DNA of 64,000 nt from an uncultured Gemmatimonadales bacterium (lineage in GTDB: Bacteria > Gemmatimonadota > Gemmatimonadetes > Longimicrobiales > RSA9), in the NCBI GenBank assembly GCA_963798085.1, contig CAWCRS010000003.1, positions 480,001 to 544,000 on the forward strand, in the 5' to 3' direction. The notes under the pieces were generated by a model. That model made no database searches. It saw only the letters and a list, made by a program, of their open reading frames with translations, and was not told where the DNA came from. The position numbers and the translations under genes were made by a program. Each line of letters starts with the position of its first letter. Position 1 is the stretch's first letter. Shown piece by piece: positions 10,179 to 20,614 of this stretch.

Positions 10179-11459
10179 TCAGCTTCTGGCTCGGCTGGGC
10201 AGACGCAGGCAGTAGCTGGGCGGGCTGCCCTGGGGGCCGCTCGTGGACAGCTCGCCACCCAGCGCCTGCGCCACTGCCATTGCCACTGCCGTCTCCAGGC
10301 TGCGGCCGTTGCCTGCCTGACCGCTTTCGGACATCGCCGCTCCACCCGCGTCCACGCCCATGCCACGGGCGCTCACCGTCCACTGCACCCAGCTCATGTC
10401 CTCATCGTACACGGGCGCGACGGACAGCCGTATTTCACCCCGGGCTGTGCGCCGGAACGCGTGCTGCAGCAGCGTAGCGAGAATGCGTGTGGCACGCGGT
10501 GCGTCGGTCGTCAGCGGCACGATCGTCTCATCAGCGTCGAACACGAACTGCACATTATCAGGCGCGGGACCGGCGGCTTCCACTGCCATGCGCGCAATGC
10601 GCACGCCATCCTCCGCCGCCTGGTGCGTGCGCATGCGGCCCAGCCGTGCTTCCGCCAGGTCCTTCAGGTCGTCGCTGATGTGCAGCGCTGCGTCCGTCAG
10701 CAGTGCCGGCCCGCGCGGATTCGATGCGCCGCCCGCCTCGAGCAGCGCCAGCAGCGCCCTGAGCGTAGTGCGCAGATCATGGGTCACGCTGGCCAGCAGC
10801 TGGTCCTGCGCGCGACTCTCCGCTGTGGCCTCGCGCAGCGCGCCGGCCAGGCTCTCGTTCTCGCGACGCAGCCGCTCTGCCTCCGCGCGCGCTTCTTCCA
10901 CCAGGCGGGCGCGCAGCGTCGTGGCTGCAAGCTGCTCGGAAATCAGCTTCAGCAGCCGGCGCTCCTCATCCGTGAACCGCCGTGCGCCCTTGAAGTAGAA
11001 GCTCAGCGCCCCGTTCACACCTCGAGCCGTTCCCAGAGGCAGCGAGATCAGCGACGCGAAACCCAGTTCGCGCGCCGGCTCCCACCAGTCGCGCAGCGCT
11101 TCGTCGGCGAACAGGTCCTCCACCTCCACCGCCTCGTTCGCCGACACCGCGCGACCCGTCGGCCCGGCACCCACCCGAATGCGCATCCGGCCCAGATAGC
11201 GTGCGGACGACTGCGGCCACCCGTGCGCACACACCGGTCGCAGAACCTCAGGGTCGTCCTCGTCGCGCAGGAATACGGCCGCGAAGTCCGCACGCACCAC
11301 CGGCGCGAGCCGGGCCAGAGCGAGCCGGTACACCTCGATCGGCTGGGTCGCCGCCAGAAAGGCCTGCGCAATCTCATGCGCCGCCTCCAGCTCGCGCTCA
11401 CGCGATCCCGTGCCCGCTCGCGCGGACGCTGTGACCGACGCCGTCGGATTCGTCGTCAT
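10179..11459 (-). CDS. GAF-domain protein with HisKA and a degenerate HATPase domain
   Basis: GAF (GPTGRAVS...SLISLPL...FTDEERRLL), coiled coil, H-box SVTHDLRT; N and G boxes degenerate. Confidence 0.75.
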   Translation of the reverse strand: MTTNPTASVTASARAGTGSRERELEAAHEIAQAFLAATQPIEVYRLALARLAPVVRADFAAVFLRDEDDPEVLRPVCAHGWPQSSARYLGRMRIRVGAGPTGRAVSANEAVEVEDLFADEALRDWWEPARELGFASLISLPLGTARGVNGALSFYFKGARRFTDEERRLLKLISEQLAATTLRARLVEEARAEAERLRRENESLAGALREATAESRAQDQLLASVTHDLRTTLRALLALLEAGGASNPRGPALLTDAALHISDDLKDLAEARLGRMRTHQAAEDGVRIARMAVEAAGPAPDNVQFVFDADETIVPLTTDAPRATRILATLLQHAFRRTARGEIRLSVAPVYDEDMSWVQWTVSARGMGVDAGGAAMSESGQAGNGRSLETAVAMAVAQALGGELSTSGPQGSPPSYCLRLPSRARS

Positions 11460-11655
11460 GTGACGTGAGGTTCGTGGAGCGATCGGACGCTGGCGGTCTG
11501 TTCCTTGCATCCCGAGCGGCCCGAAAGTACGGCGTCAGGTCAGACGCGCAAGCACGGCACAGCCGAGCTCTCCCCAAGGGGTCCGGCTCCGCCGTGAACA
11601 GACCTGACTCTTTCGTGTTGCAGGAGATCCGATTTCGCTCAACGGAGTGAACGTC

Positions 11656-11943
11656 ATGAACAAGTCAGACCTGGTGACCGTGTTCGCGGACCGAGCCGGC
11701 ATGAACCGGGGCGATGCCGGGCGCATCATCGATCTGCTGTTCGATCCGGCGGATGGACTCATCGCCGAAGCGTTGAAGCAGGGAGGACGCATGCAGATTT
11801 CCGGCTTCGGCACCTTCGAAGTGCGCCGCCGGAAGGGGCGCTCGGGCCGGAACCCGCGCACCGGCGAGGAGCTGCACATACCGCCATCCATCACCGCCTC
11901 GTTCCGTGCTGGCAAGGCGCTGAAGGATACCGTCAGTGTGTAG
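11656..11943 (+). CDS. hup: HU family DNA-binding protein
   Basis: MNKSDLV, ISGFGTFEVR, GRNPRTGE and FRAGKALKD motifs; GGAG RBS. Confidence 0.95.
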   Translation: MNKSDLVTVFADRAGMNRGDAGRIIDLLFDPADGLIAEALKQGGRMQISGFGTFEVRRRKGRSGRNPRTGEELHIPPSITASFRAGKALKDTVSV

Positions 11944-11949
11944 GCGATT

Positions 11950-13550
11950 TCACCTCGGCGCGCGCGGACCGCTGCGCGCGGTGCGGCCCGCCGGAGCCTG
12001 CGTTCGCCGATCGTAATCCACGCGCAGGCTGCGACCGCGCAGCGTCGTGCCATTGAGTGCGCCGATCACACGCTCCGCAACATCGCTCGCCACCTCCACC
12101 ACCGAGAACGTATCGCGGATATCGACCTTGCCGACCTGATCGCCTGACACGGACGCTTCGCCCGTGATCGCGCCTACCAGATCGCCCGGACGGATGTTGT
12201 CCTTGTGACCCGCGCTGATGAACAATCGCACGAAAGCGCTCGGCCGCTCCGGCCTCGAGTCTGCCGCCGGCTCCGCGTGCGCCGGCGCCAGCTGCTCGCG
12301 CAGCATCGCACTCAGCGCTGCCGCGACCTCCGCCGCCGGAAATTCATCGAACAACGGATCGAGCAGCGCCATCTGGGCATCGAGGTCGCGCTCCAGCACC
12401 GCTCGCCGTATCGATTCGCGATAGGTTGCCGTACTGCCGCGCTGCGCTCGCACGCCCACTGCTGCGAGCGCTACGCCGGACTCCGCGCAATGCCGCGCAG
12501 GTGCGCCAGCTCTTCGAGCGGCTCGACCAGCACCAGCCCGTTCGTCAGATCGAGTTCCTGGAGTGCGTCCGCATCGAAGGGAACGTCGTACGCGATCAGT
12601 GCGCGCTGCTTCGCATGGGCTGCAGACAGCACCACCGCGTCGCCCGGCTCGCCCGCCGCCGTGGCCATAATGAAACCGCGCGCCCGCATCTGGCCTGCCA
12701 GTTCCGTGGCGCGCCGGCTCGAGCGAGTTGTCACCAGCGGCGGCGTCGCGCGCGGACGGCGCAGCACCCGAGCCAGCGCCGCCGGCTTTTCGCTCTCGCC
12801 CACCACGAGATAGGAAACCGCGCCCGCTGGTGATGGCGCGACCACCTGCGACGGATCCGCCAGCCGCGCCGGAACCGTCATTGCACGGCGGGCATGCCCT
12901 TCAATGAAGTGCTCCAGCTCACGCGTCCATTCGGCCGCCACCACGACACGCTGCGCATCCGCGGGCAGCGCCACTGCCATCGCGTCGAACACGGCGGCCG
13001 GCTCGATGGCCTGCAGCACGGCCACGCCATCAAACACGACGGTTTGCAGCGTGTCGAGTTTGAGCGCCGATTCGCGGACGGCCCGCGCCGCCGCGCCCAG
13101 CGGCGCCACCAGCACATCGTCACCACCGCGCCCGCTCCACGCCACGGTCTGCGCGCGCACCGATATGCGCAGCGCACCCTGCAGCTGCTTCAGTCGCTGT
13201 GCAATCGCCGTGGCGCGGTCCTCTGTGCCCGTGATCACCAGCGCCCGCGGTCTCGTTACGCCTGCGTTAGAGGCATCGCCGGTCGCCGGCGGATGCGCAG
13301 GGAGGCCCGAGGATCCTGGCGTCGCCTGATCCGTCAGCGCCGGCGGCGAGGCTTGCGCCAGACGATCGAGCAGGGCCAGCACCCACGCCGTCGTGGCGCC
13401 CGAGCCACTCGCACCCACCAGCACCACGTTGGCGCCCCGGCGCAGCACCGGCACTGCCGCACGCTGTATGGCTGATGGCGCGTCGAACCCCGCGCTCGCC
13501 GCGGCGTCCACCACTTCAATGCGCAGACCCAGTTCGCCGAAGCCGCTCAC
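11950..13550 (-). CDS. DeaD/DbpA-like protein with a degenerate helicase core and a C-terminal DbpA RNA-binding domain; frameshift near 12490
   Basis: Q-motif FGELGL..GFDAPSAIQ; DbpA domain RLFISAGHKDNIRPGDLVGAI..VGKVDIRDTFSVVEV; the two ORFs join via AESGVALAAVGVRA. Confidence 0.75.
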
Positions 13551-13891
13551 GTCAGGTCCCTCGCCAGTCCGCCGGGCACCACGTCACTGTGCCCCTTCCG
13601 CTCACCCGGCTGGTAGGGCAGCAGCGTCAGTACGTATTGCACCTCACCATCCAGCCGCGACGTGCGCACCTGATCCGTTTCTGCCCGCACCAGCGTCTCG
13701 AGACCGTGGCCGTGCACATGGAACGTGACCGTGCCGTCCCCACCCGAAAGCGTGACCGAATGGCTGTCGCCACCGATGCGCTGAGTGGGAATGCGCTCCG
13801 TCAGAATCTGCTGGGCCAGCCGCAGCACTTCCCGGCCCGCCGTCGCTGTCAGTCGTTCGTAAGTCATGTCTCGCTGTCGTTTGCGCGTCAC
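13547..13891 (-). CDS. Hypothetical protein (alternative start ATG at 13867)
   Basis: Protein-like composition; its stop overlaps the GTG start of the DEAD-like gene. Confidence 0.6.
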   Translation of the reverse strand: MTRKRQRDMTYERLTATAGREVLRLAQQILTERIPTQRIGGDSHSVTLSGGDGTVTFHVHGHGLETLVRAETDQVRTSRLDGEVQYVLTLLPYQPGERKGHSDVVPGGLARDLT

Positions 13892-14001
13892 ATACCCCGC
13901 CTGGCGCGGGTGCCGTGCCTAATCTAAGACCGGCCCGGACTTGCACAAAGCACGCGGACCGCACCAGATTCGCGGGCCGGAACCCCCACGCCGGCAAGGC
14001 G

Positions 14002-15201
14002 ATGCGCACGAGCGACAACATCCGCGATCTGGAACCCTCCGCTACACTCGCGGTGACTACCCTGTGCAAGACCATGCGCGAACAGGGTCGCGAGGTCATC
14101 GATCTCAGCGCCGGTGAGCCGGATTTCCGGACGCCCGACTTCGCCGCGCAGTCCGGCATCGCATCGATTGTGCAGGGCTTCACACACTACACACCCGTCG
14201 CCGGACTGCCCGCGCTGCGCCAGCTCGTGGCCGAAGACCTCGCGCGCCACAGCGGCAAGTCCACCAGTTGGGACGGCGTCGTCATCACGGCTGGAGCCAA
14301 GCACGCCCTCTTCAACGCCTGCTTCTGCCTCTTCGGCCCGGGCGATGAGGTGCTGCTGCCTTCTCCCTACTGGACCAGCTACCCCGAGCTGCTCAAGCTG
14401 GCGAGGGCCACGCCCGTCATTGTGCCGGCAACGCTCGAGACCGGCTTCAAGATCACCACTGCGGACCTCGATCGCTTTGCGTCGCCTCGCACGCGCGGCC
14501 TCATCATCAACTCGCCCAATAATCCCACCGGCGCAGTCTACACGCACGAGGAACTCAATGCGCTGGTGCGCTGGGCCGTCGAACGAAAGCTCTGGATTGT
14601 AAGCGACGAAATCTATTCCAGACTCTGCTTCGTAGCGCCGCGTGCTCCCAGTGCCCTCGATCTCAATGCCGCATTCCTCGATCAGATCGTGCTCATTGGC
14701 GGCGCATCGAAAGCCTTCGCGATGACCGGCTGGCGCCTGGGCTTCAGCTACTCGTCGCCCGCCCTCGCCGCGAAATTCACCGCGCTGCAGAGTCATACGA
14801 CGTCGAATGTCGCCAATGCGACGCAGTACGCCGGCATGGCCGTATTCCGGCCGGAGCCGCGCGTCGAGCACGCCGTGCGTGCCATGGTGGGCGTCTTCCG
14901 GCATCGCCGCGAACGCCTCATCTCGCTGTTCCGCCGCCATCTGCCCTACGCCGAATTCGTGCCTCCTGACGGCGCGTTCTATCTCTTCTTCCGCATCGAC
15001 GCCTTCTTCCGTGATGAGGCCCGCGATTCCATTGGCTTCTGCCGCTGGCTGCTCGACAAGACCGGCGTCGCACTCGTGCCCGGTGCGGCCTTCGGTGATG
15101 ACCGCTACGCGCGACTTTCGTTCGCGGCGCCTGAAGACGAAATCGTGGAAGGGATTCGTCGCATGGGTGAGCTGCTGGCGGTGCCCGCCTACGCGGGGTG
15201 A
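14002..15201 (+). CDS. Class I/II PLP-dependent aminotransferase (aspartate aminotransferase-like)
   Basis: GEPDF, NSPNNPTG, SDEIY and SKAFAMTGWRLG motifs. Confidence 0.95.
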   Translation: MRTSDNIRDLEPSATLAVTTLCKTMREQGREVIDLSAGEPDFRTPDFAAQSGIASIVQGFTHYTPVAGLPALRQLVAEDLARHSGKSTSWDGVVITAGAKHALFNACFCLFGPGDEVLLPSPYWTSYPELLKLARATPVIVPATLETGFKITTADLDRFASPRTRGLIINSPNNPTGAVYTHEELNALVRWAVERKLWIVSDEIYSRLCFVAPRAPSALDLNAAFLDQIVLIGGASKAFAMTGWRLGFSYSSPALAAKFTALQSHTTSNVANATQYAGMAVFRPEPRVEHAVRAMVGVFRHRRERLISLFRRHLPYAEFVPPDGAFYLFFRIDAFFRDEARDSIGFCRWLLDKTGVALVPGAAFGDDRYARLSFAAPEDEIVEGIRRMGELLAVPAYAG

Positions 15202-15306
15202 ACCGCCACCCGACGGGGAACACCGCGGCACGCGGTACGGTTATCTCACCGTCGGATCCGCCCTGACATTGTTCCGCATCACTCACCCCTGAAGCGACGG
15301 GAGACC

Positions 15307-15858
15307 ATGGCATCGACGCCCACCCCCGATCTCGACCGGATTCGCTACCCCATCGGCCGCTTCGAGCCGGAAGGCGATCTGTCGCCCACGCTGCGCACGC
15401 GCGCCCTGGACTCCATTGCCCAGACGCCGGAGCGACTGCGCAAGGCCATCGACGGACTCGACGGCGCACAGTTCGACACGCCCTACCGCGACGGCGGCTG
15501 GACCGTGCGCCAGGTGATCCATCATGTGCCTGACAGTCACCTCAACGCGTACGTGCGCTTCAAGCTCGCATTGACCGAGGATGTGCCCACCATCAAGGCC
15601 TACAATGAGGCCGCCTGGGCCATGCTGGCCGATTCGCGCACCACGCCCCTGGAAACATCGCTGCAGCTGCTCGAAACGGTTCACGTCCGCTGGGACATCG
15701 TCATGCGCGCCATGAGCAATGCCGACTTCGGCCGCCGGCTGCAGCATCCCGAATGGGGCAGTCACGACCTCAACTTCATGGTGCGCCTCTACGAGTGGCA
15801 CGGCCGCCATCACACCGCGCACATCACGGCGCTGCGGCAGCGCATGGGCTGGCAATAA
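15307..15858 (+). CDS. bstA: YfiT/BstA family (DinB superfamily) thiol transferase / metal-dependent hydrolase
   Basis: RYPIGRF, TPYRDGGWTVRQVIHHVPDSH and WHGRHHTAHI motifs. Confidence 0.9.
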   Translation: MASTPTPDLDRIRYPIGRFEPEGDLSPTLRTRALDSIAQTPERLRKAIDGLDGAQFDTPYRDGGWTVRQVIHHVPDSHLNAYVRFKLALTEDVPTIKAYNEAAWAMLADSRTTPLETSLQLLETVHVRWDIVMRAMSNADFGRRLQHPEWGSHDLNFMVRLYEWHGRHHTAHITALRQRMGWQ

Positions 15859-15978
15859 CAGACTGTTTGAAGACGCAGCGCTGATGTGCCCGGAGCCCCA
15901 TCGGGTTCGCTGCCGGCGGCCGCTGTCTGCGCGTAGCGTACCGCCCGCGTAAGCAATGCGATTCCTGGTGCCTTTCTG

Positions 15979-17040
15979 CTAACAGCGCTGTCCGGCGAGG
16001 AACCAGCAGCGCGTGTAGGCTGACGTCTTGAAGAACTCCAGCAGCCGCTGACCCACCTTCTGCTGGCCGCTCTGCGATGGGTGTGTCCCGTCGTTCTGGA
16101 AGTCGGTCGCGGCCCAGTACAGTCCGTCACCGGCCCGCGCGTGCATGCCGTCCGCCCAGAGATACGGGCCCCAGGCCAGCCACGGCGAAGTCGTCGGGTA
16201 GTCCAGATCACCGGCTCGCGCATCCACCACGAAGCCCTGCCGGTCCTGCGCGATCTGCGCCGCCACCACCCACTTCACCGCGAACCCGGTCTCGTACGCA
16301 TACGGCTCCGGATTCAGCGTGGAGGTGGCGTACCCGGCGAAAATGCGACTCGACAGGAACACCTGCCGCAGATTCGGATACCGCGTCCTGGCGGCACGTA
16401 CAATGTCGCCCAGCTGCGTGACCAGCGTGTATGCGTCCGCGCGTTCGCCGGGCAGCGACACCGTCGGTCCCGCGTTCGCTTCCTTGAGCCACACGGCCTG
16501 CACCTGCCTCTCGCTCAGACCCAGTGGCGCGAGCCGGGTGTCGCGCACCGTGTTGTAGTTCGCATCACCCGGATTGTCCCACGTTCCCGCGGTCTGGCCG
16601 CTGCGCGCACCATCCACCAGCACCAGCGTGCTGTGATTGACGGCCGGGTCCGCCGCGGCCTGGCCCGCGAATGTCTGGGCCCCGCAGGCGAGCGCCGGAC
16701 CGGTCGGATTGCAGAATTCCTGTGTCGTGTTGGACATGCCGATGGACAGCAGCACGTACTTCCCCGTCGCTGAGGGGTTGCCGTTGCCATCGAGCGGCTG
16801 GATCAGGCGAGCGGCCGCCATGCCGTTGGCCGCATGATCGGCAGGTATTTCGTTCGCTCCATCCGGATAGAGTCCGCCGGCAAAGCCGAGATATGTCTTC
16901 GTGCCCAGTGCCGAGAGCGGGACCTTCGCGGTGTCCGGTCCCATCACCGCTGGTCCCGTGACGCGCACCACACGGCACGCCACCAGCAGCACGCTCAGGC
17001 CTGCAACGCAGAATCGGGCACGCGCCCGTAGCACCATCAT
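15979..17040 (-). CDS. Putative lipoprotein, SGNH-hydrolase-like
   Basis: Lipobox LLVAC; SIGMSNT (block I-like) and DGTHPS (DxxH block V-like). Confidence 0.65.
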   Translation of the reverse strand: MMVLRARARFCVAGLSVLLVACRVVRVTGPAVMGPDTAKVPLSALGTKTYLGFAGGLYPDGANEIPADHAANGMAAARLIQPLDGNGNPSATGKYVLLSIGMSNTTQEFCNPTGPALACGAQTFAGQAAADPAVNHSTLVLVDGARSGQTAGTWDNPGDANYNTVRDTRLAPLGLSERQVQAVWLKEANAGPTVSLPGERADAYTLVTQLGDIVRAARTRYPNLRQVFLSSRIFAGYATSTLNPEPYAYETGFAVKWVVAAQIAQDRQGFVVDARAGDLDYPTTSPWLAWGPYLWADGMHARAGDGLYWAATDFQNDGTHPSQSGQQKVGQRLLEFFKTSAYTRCWFLAGQRC

Positions 17041-17654
17041 CTCAGCCTCCGAACCGCCGCACTGTGGCCCGCCTCCTCGCCCGCTGTCTCCCACGGCCAG
17101 CCGGTCGTCCAGCTGCGCCAGCAGTCGCTGGAACGGCGCCGCATCGACCGGTTCCACCAGGCCCGCCTGCCGTGCCCGCCGCCGCTGCGGTTCGAGTCGA
17201 CACGCCGCCCAGAAGTCCGGCCATGCTTCTAACTCGCTGTTTGACTGCGGCAGGCTTCAGATCCAGTTGTCGCTCGGCCAGCCGAACGCCGGGCCACGCG
17301 TGCGGTGCAACCGCGCCAGCCCTTCGCCCAGCGTGTCCCACGTGCGCCCGCCTGCCGGGCCCGGCTCCAGCCACTCCAGGAGCAGCCGCCCCTCCGCCTC
17401 ACCGCGTACCTGAGGGACGCGCACGGCACCGGCCGCGTTAAGCGCACGCAGCGAGCGCGCTTCCTCCGCGAAGAAACCCGGAACGACATCGTCGCCTGCA
17501 CTCCACTTCAGAAAGAAGCGCTCACCGTTGCTCGTCTCCAGGCGGCGGCGGGACTGATGCAGCCTCCACCGACTCGCCGCTCACCGGTGATCGCTGTGCC
17601 CGCCGGAAGCCCAGCCTCCACCGCCCTGCGCGTCCCTGCGGACAGTCTGCTCAC
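17041..17654 (-). pseudogene. Fructosamine kinase family remnant (frameshift near 17545, TGA at 17257-17259, C-terminal half missing)
   Basis: Manual translation: VGGGCIS..RFFLKW..FAEEARSLRAL..LLLEWL..LARLH..FGWPSDNWI*SLPQSN..WPDFW; no HGDLWxGN motif follows. Confidence 0.75.
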
Positions 17655-18157
17655 AGTTCGTGCATACGGCGGATTTCCTCGAGCAGCACGCGACAGCTTC
17701 GCTCGACGATGTCCTGCACGTGCTCGAAACCGCCCAACCCGCCGTAGTACGGGTCGGGAACATCGAGTTCGCCATCCGCCGCGGGATCGAACTCGCGCAA
17801 GCGCTGCAGCATCGCCCTGCCCGGTGCCTTGCGCGCCAGCCGCTCCATGATCGCGAGGTTCTCGTTGTCCATGACCAGGACGTGATCGAAGCGCTGCAGA
17901 TCATCCGCCGCGACCTTGCGCGCAACGCTCTCCAGCACCACCCCTCGCCGGCGTGCCACCTCGCGCGTCCGCGCATCTGGCGCATCGCCCACGTGATAAC
18001 TCGCGGTTCCGGCGGAGTCGACCACAATGCGGTCGCCCAGCCCCGCCTCGAGCACGAATGCGCGGAATACGCCCTCGGCCAGCGGAGAACGGCAGATGTT
18101 GCCCGTGCAGACGAATAGCACGGCAACCGGTTCTGTTGTCTCTTGCTGCGCCATCAT
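17651..18157 (-). CDS. Low molecular weight protein-tyrosine phosphatase
   Basis: VCTGNICRSP, DSAGT and VPDPYYG motifs. Confidence 0.95.
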   Translation of the reverse strand: MMAQQETTEPVAVLFVCTGNICRSPLAEGVFRAFVLEAGLGDRIVVDSAGTASYHVGDAPDARTREVARRRGVVLESVARKVAADDLQRFDHVLVMDNENLAIMERLARKAPGRAMLQRLREFDPAADGELDVPDPYYGGLGGFEHVQDIVERSCRVLLEEIRRMHEL

Positions 18158-18301
18158 TCACCAGAAGGTCTGTCCACATTGCACCTGTGCACGCTGACGG
18201 CAGCCCTGCTGCGCGCCATCCTTTCCGCCGCTCGGCGTGTGCCGGGATCCGGGCAGGGTCGACCGAGGTACTGGTCGCATTGCACAGCGGACACGGAGGG
18301 T

Positions 18302-19897
18302 ATGCGACGATTCTCACCACGGTCCTGCGCGAAGCGCGGCGGCAACGTATGCCCGGAACCGTCTGCCAGCCAACGCACGAACCGGCTGAAATCCACGCGC
18401 CGGTCAGCACTTCCATCCGTGCTTGTGCTCGCCGCCTTGCTCGCGGCCCCGACGCTCGTGTACGGACAGAACGCCCGCGGCGCCCGAGCCGCATTGCTTC
18501 TGGACACGCTCTCGCTGCGACGCGATACGCGAGTTCTCGCGGCGGACTCGCTGCGCGGCCGCGAGACCGGCTCGCCCGGCGCTGCGGGGGCCGCCCGCTA
18601 CATCGCTGGCAGGCTGCGGGGCATCGGCCTGCAGCCAGTGAGCGGCCAATATTTCTACCCGGTGCCGCTGCGCGCCGCCCACATCGGTAGCGACACGCGC
18701 CTGACACTGCGCTCCGCGCGTGACACGCTCGTCTTTCGCGTGAATCGGGACTTCGTGGTGGGACCCGGATCCGGAGCGGCCTTCCGCGATTTCCAGGGAT
18801 CAGCCTTGTTCGCGGGCACAACGCAGAACGCCGCCCTTGCCACGCGTGACGCCGACCTCGCCGGTCGCGTGCTCGTGCTCGCCGGCCCCATCGGAGAGGA
18901 CGCGGATTCGCTGATCCGTGCCTGGCAGCGCGCGGGCGTCGCCGGCATCCTGCTCCTCGTGCCGGATTCCGCCTACCTAGCTGGCTTTGCTGAGAGCCTG
19001 GGACCCATCCGGTACTTCGTCGCCGGCGACGTCGATGAGCCCCAGTGGCAATCGCCCATTCCCACGTGGACCGCAGGTCCGGCTGTGGCACGCGCGATCC
19101 TCAATGGCGCCAACCTGCCACCCGGCGCCCTGAGCGGTGGGCCCTTTGTTGCACAACCCCTCCCCCGGTCCGTCGAAGGCCATGCCGATTTCGCCATCAC
19201 GGATGCGGATGGCTCCGATGTGGTGGGCGTGATTCCGGGTGCCGACGCTTCGCTGCGCGGCCGGTTCATCCTCTACACCGCGCATTACGACCATCTCGGG
19301 GTGGGCACGCCAGTCGATGGCGATTCCATCTACAACGGCTTCTCCGACAATGCCGCAGGCGTCGCCATGCTGCTCGCCATCGCGGAACAGCTCCACCACG
19401 CGCCGCCCGCTCGCTCCGTCGCGTTCCTGTTCCTCACAGGCGAGGAGCGTGGCCTGCTGGGCGCCTCGTGGTTCGCAGCCCACCCCGCGTGGCCGCTCGA
19501 CAGCATCGCCGCAGTCATCAACCTCGATGGCGGCGCACCTCCGCGCCCGCCCGTATCGTGGCGCATCGCCGGCGCCGAGGGTTCGCGGTTCGCTCCCGTG
19601 GCGGATAGCATCGCCCGCGCCCACAGCTGGACCCTCACCCTCGGCCCCGGCCGCCCCAACTCCGACTACTGGCCGTTCCTGGCCCGCGGCGTTCCCTCAC
19701 TCTTCATAATCCCGGGCGCCGAATGGGAGAACACCAGCAGGCAGGAGCACGACTCCCTGTTCGCCCGCTGGGACCACTACCACCAGCCCAGTGACGAATG
19801 GCACGCCGACTTCCCCTTCAGCGGCATCGCCCGCTACGCCACCTTCGCCCTCGACCTCGGCCGGGCTCTCGGCAACTCTCACTCTTCACCGCAGTGA
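18302..19897 (+). CDS. Secreted M28 family metallopeptidase
   Basis: TAHYDHLG, DNAAG, GEERGLLG and YHQPSDE motifs; GGAGG before ATG at 18302 (start not certain). Confidence 0.9.
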   Translation: MRRFSPRSCAKRGGNVCPEPSASQRTNRLKSTRRSALPSVLVLAALLAAPTLVYGQNARGARAALLLDTLSLRRDTRVLAADSLRGRETGSPGAAGAARYIAGRLRGIGLQPVSGQYFYPVPLRAAHIGSDTRLTLRSARDTLVFRVNRDFVVGPGSGAAFRDFQGSALFAGTTQNAALATRDADLAGRVLVLAGPIGEDADSLIRAWQRAGVAGILLLVPDSAYLAGFAESLGPIRYFVAGDVDEPQWQSPIPTWTAGPAVARAILNGANLPPGALSGGPFVAQPLPRSVEGHADFAITDADGSDVVGVIPGADASLRGRFILYTAHYDHLGVGTPVDGDSIYNGFSDNAAGVAMLLAIAEQLHHAPPARSVAFLFLTGEERGLLGASWFAAHPAWPLDSIAAVINLDGGAPPRPPVSWRIAGAEGSRFAPVADSIARAHSWTLTLGPGRPNSDYWPFLARGVPSLFIIPGAEWENTSRQEHDSLFARWDHYHQPSDEWHADFPFSGIARYATFALDLGRALGNSHSSPQ

Positions 19898-19941
19898 ACG
19901 CTCGATCTCTGCGCCCTCACCGAACACTTGCGGTGAAAGAG

Positions 19942-19972
19942 TGACCCCGGTGAGTCCAGCCCACCGGGGTCA
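19942..19972. terminator. Hairpin between convergent genes; probable intrinsic terminator
   Basis: TGACCCCGGTG-N9-CACCGGGGTCA, 11-bp perfect stem; pyrimidine tail on the minus strand. Confidence 0.7.
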
Positions 19973-19999
19973 TGATCCGTCGTGTGTCGAGCCGCGTCG

Positions 20000-20614
20000 C
20001 TAATTCAACAGGGGCTCGATCCGCTCGGCGAAGCTGGTGCGTGCGCGGTGCAGTCGGCTCTTCACCGTGCCCAGGTTCACGCCGGTGATGTCCGAGATTT
20101 CCTCGTAGGACTTGCCTTCGAGTTCGCGCAGCCGGAATACCAGCTTGTGATGCTCCGGCAGCTCTTCCACGGTCTGCTCGACAATCTCCTGCAGATACCG
20201 CTTGCGATACTGGTCGTCCGGACGACCGGCCTGATCCTCGAACTGCAGTGGACGGTGGTCGGGCTCCCAGTGTGTCGTCAGCTTCTGGAAAAGCACCAGC
20301 GGGCTGCGCGAACGATTGCGGAGTTCGTTCTTCGCCAGGTTCGAGCAGATCGTGTAGATCCACGTCGAAAACTTCTTGCTCTGATCGAACCGGTGCAGGT
20401 GCCGCGTGACCCGGATGAAGGCTTCCTGTACCAGGTCCTCCGCGCGATCGCGATCACCAGTCTTGCGCCAGATGAACTGCACCAGCCGGTCTCGATACCG
20501 GTCGTATAGCTCCGAGAAAGCACCCGGCACTCCCTTGAGGTGGCCGGCAACAAGCTCGCTGTCGCCCATCGATGGGAGGTCCGGCCTGTGCTTCCGAATC
20601 ATTGCCGTAGCCAA
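20000..20614 (-). CDS. ECF sigma-70 factor
   Basis: AEDLVQEAFIRV, FSTWIYTI and SYEEI..GTVKSRLHRAR motifs; AAGGAG RBS before TTG at 20614. Confidence 0.93.
   Translation of the reverse strand: MATAMIRKHRPDLPSMGDSELVAGHLKGVPGAFSELYDRYRDRLVQFIWRKTGDRDRAEDLVQEAFIRVTRHLHRFDQSKKFSTWIYTICSNLAKNELRNRSRSPLVLFQKLTTHWEPDHRPLQFEDQAGRPDDQYRKRYLQEIVEQTVEELPEHHKLVFRLRELEGKSYEEISDITGVNLGTVKSRLHRARTSFAERIEPLLN

Noticed and set aside
17257..17259. TGA at a Gly position as UGA=Gly recoding or a second selenocysteine
   Set aside because: TGA is the commonest stop in the window, the aligned residue is Gly rather than Cys, and the gene is otherwise broken
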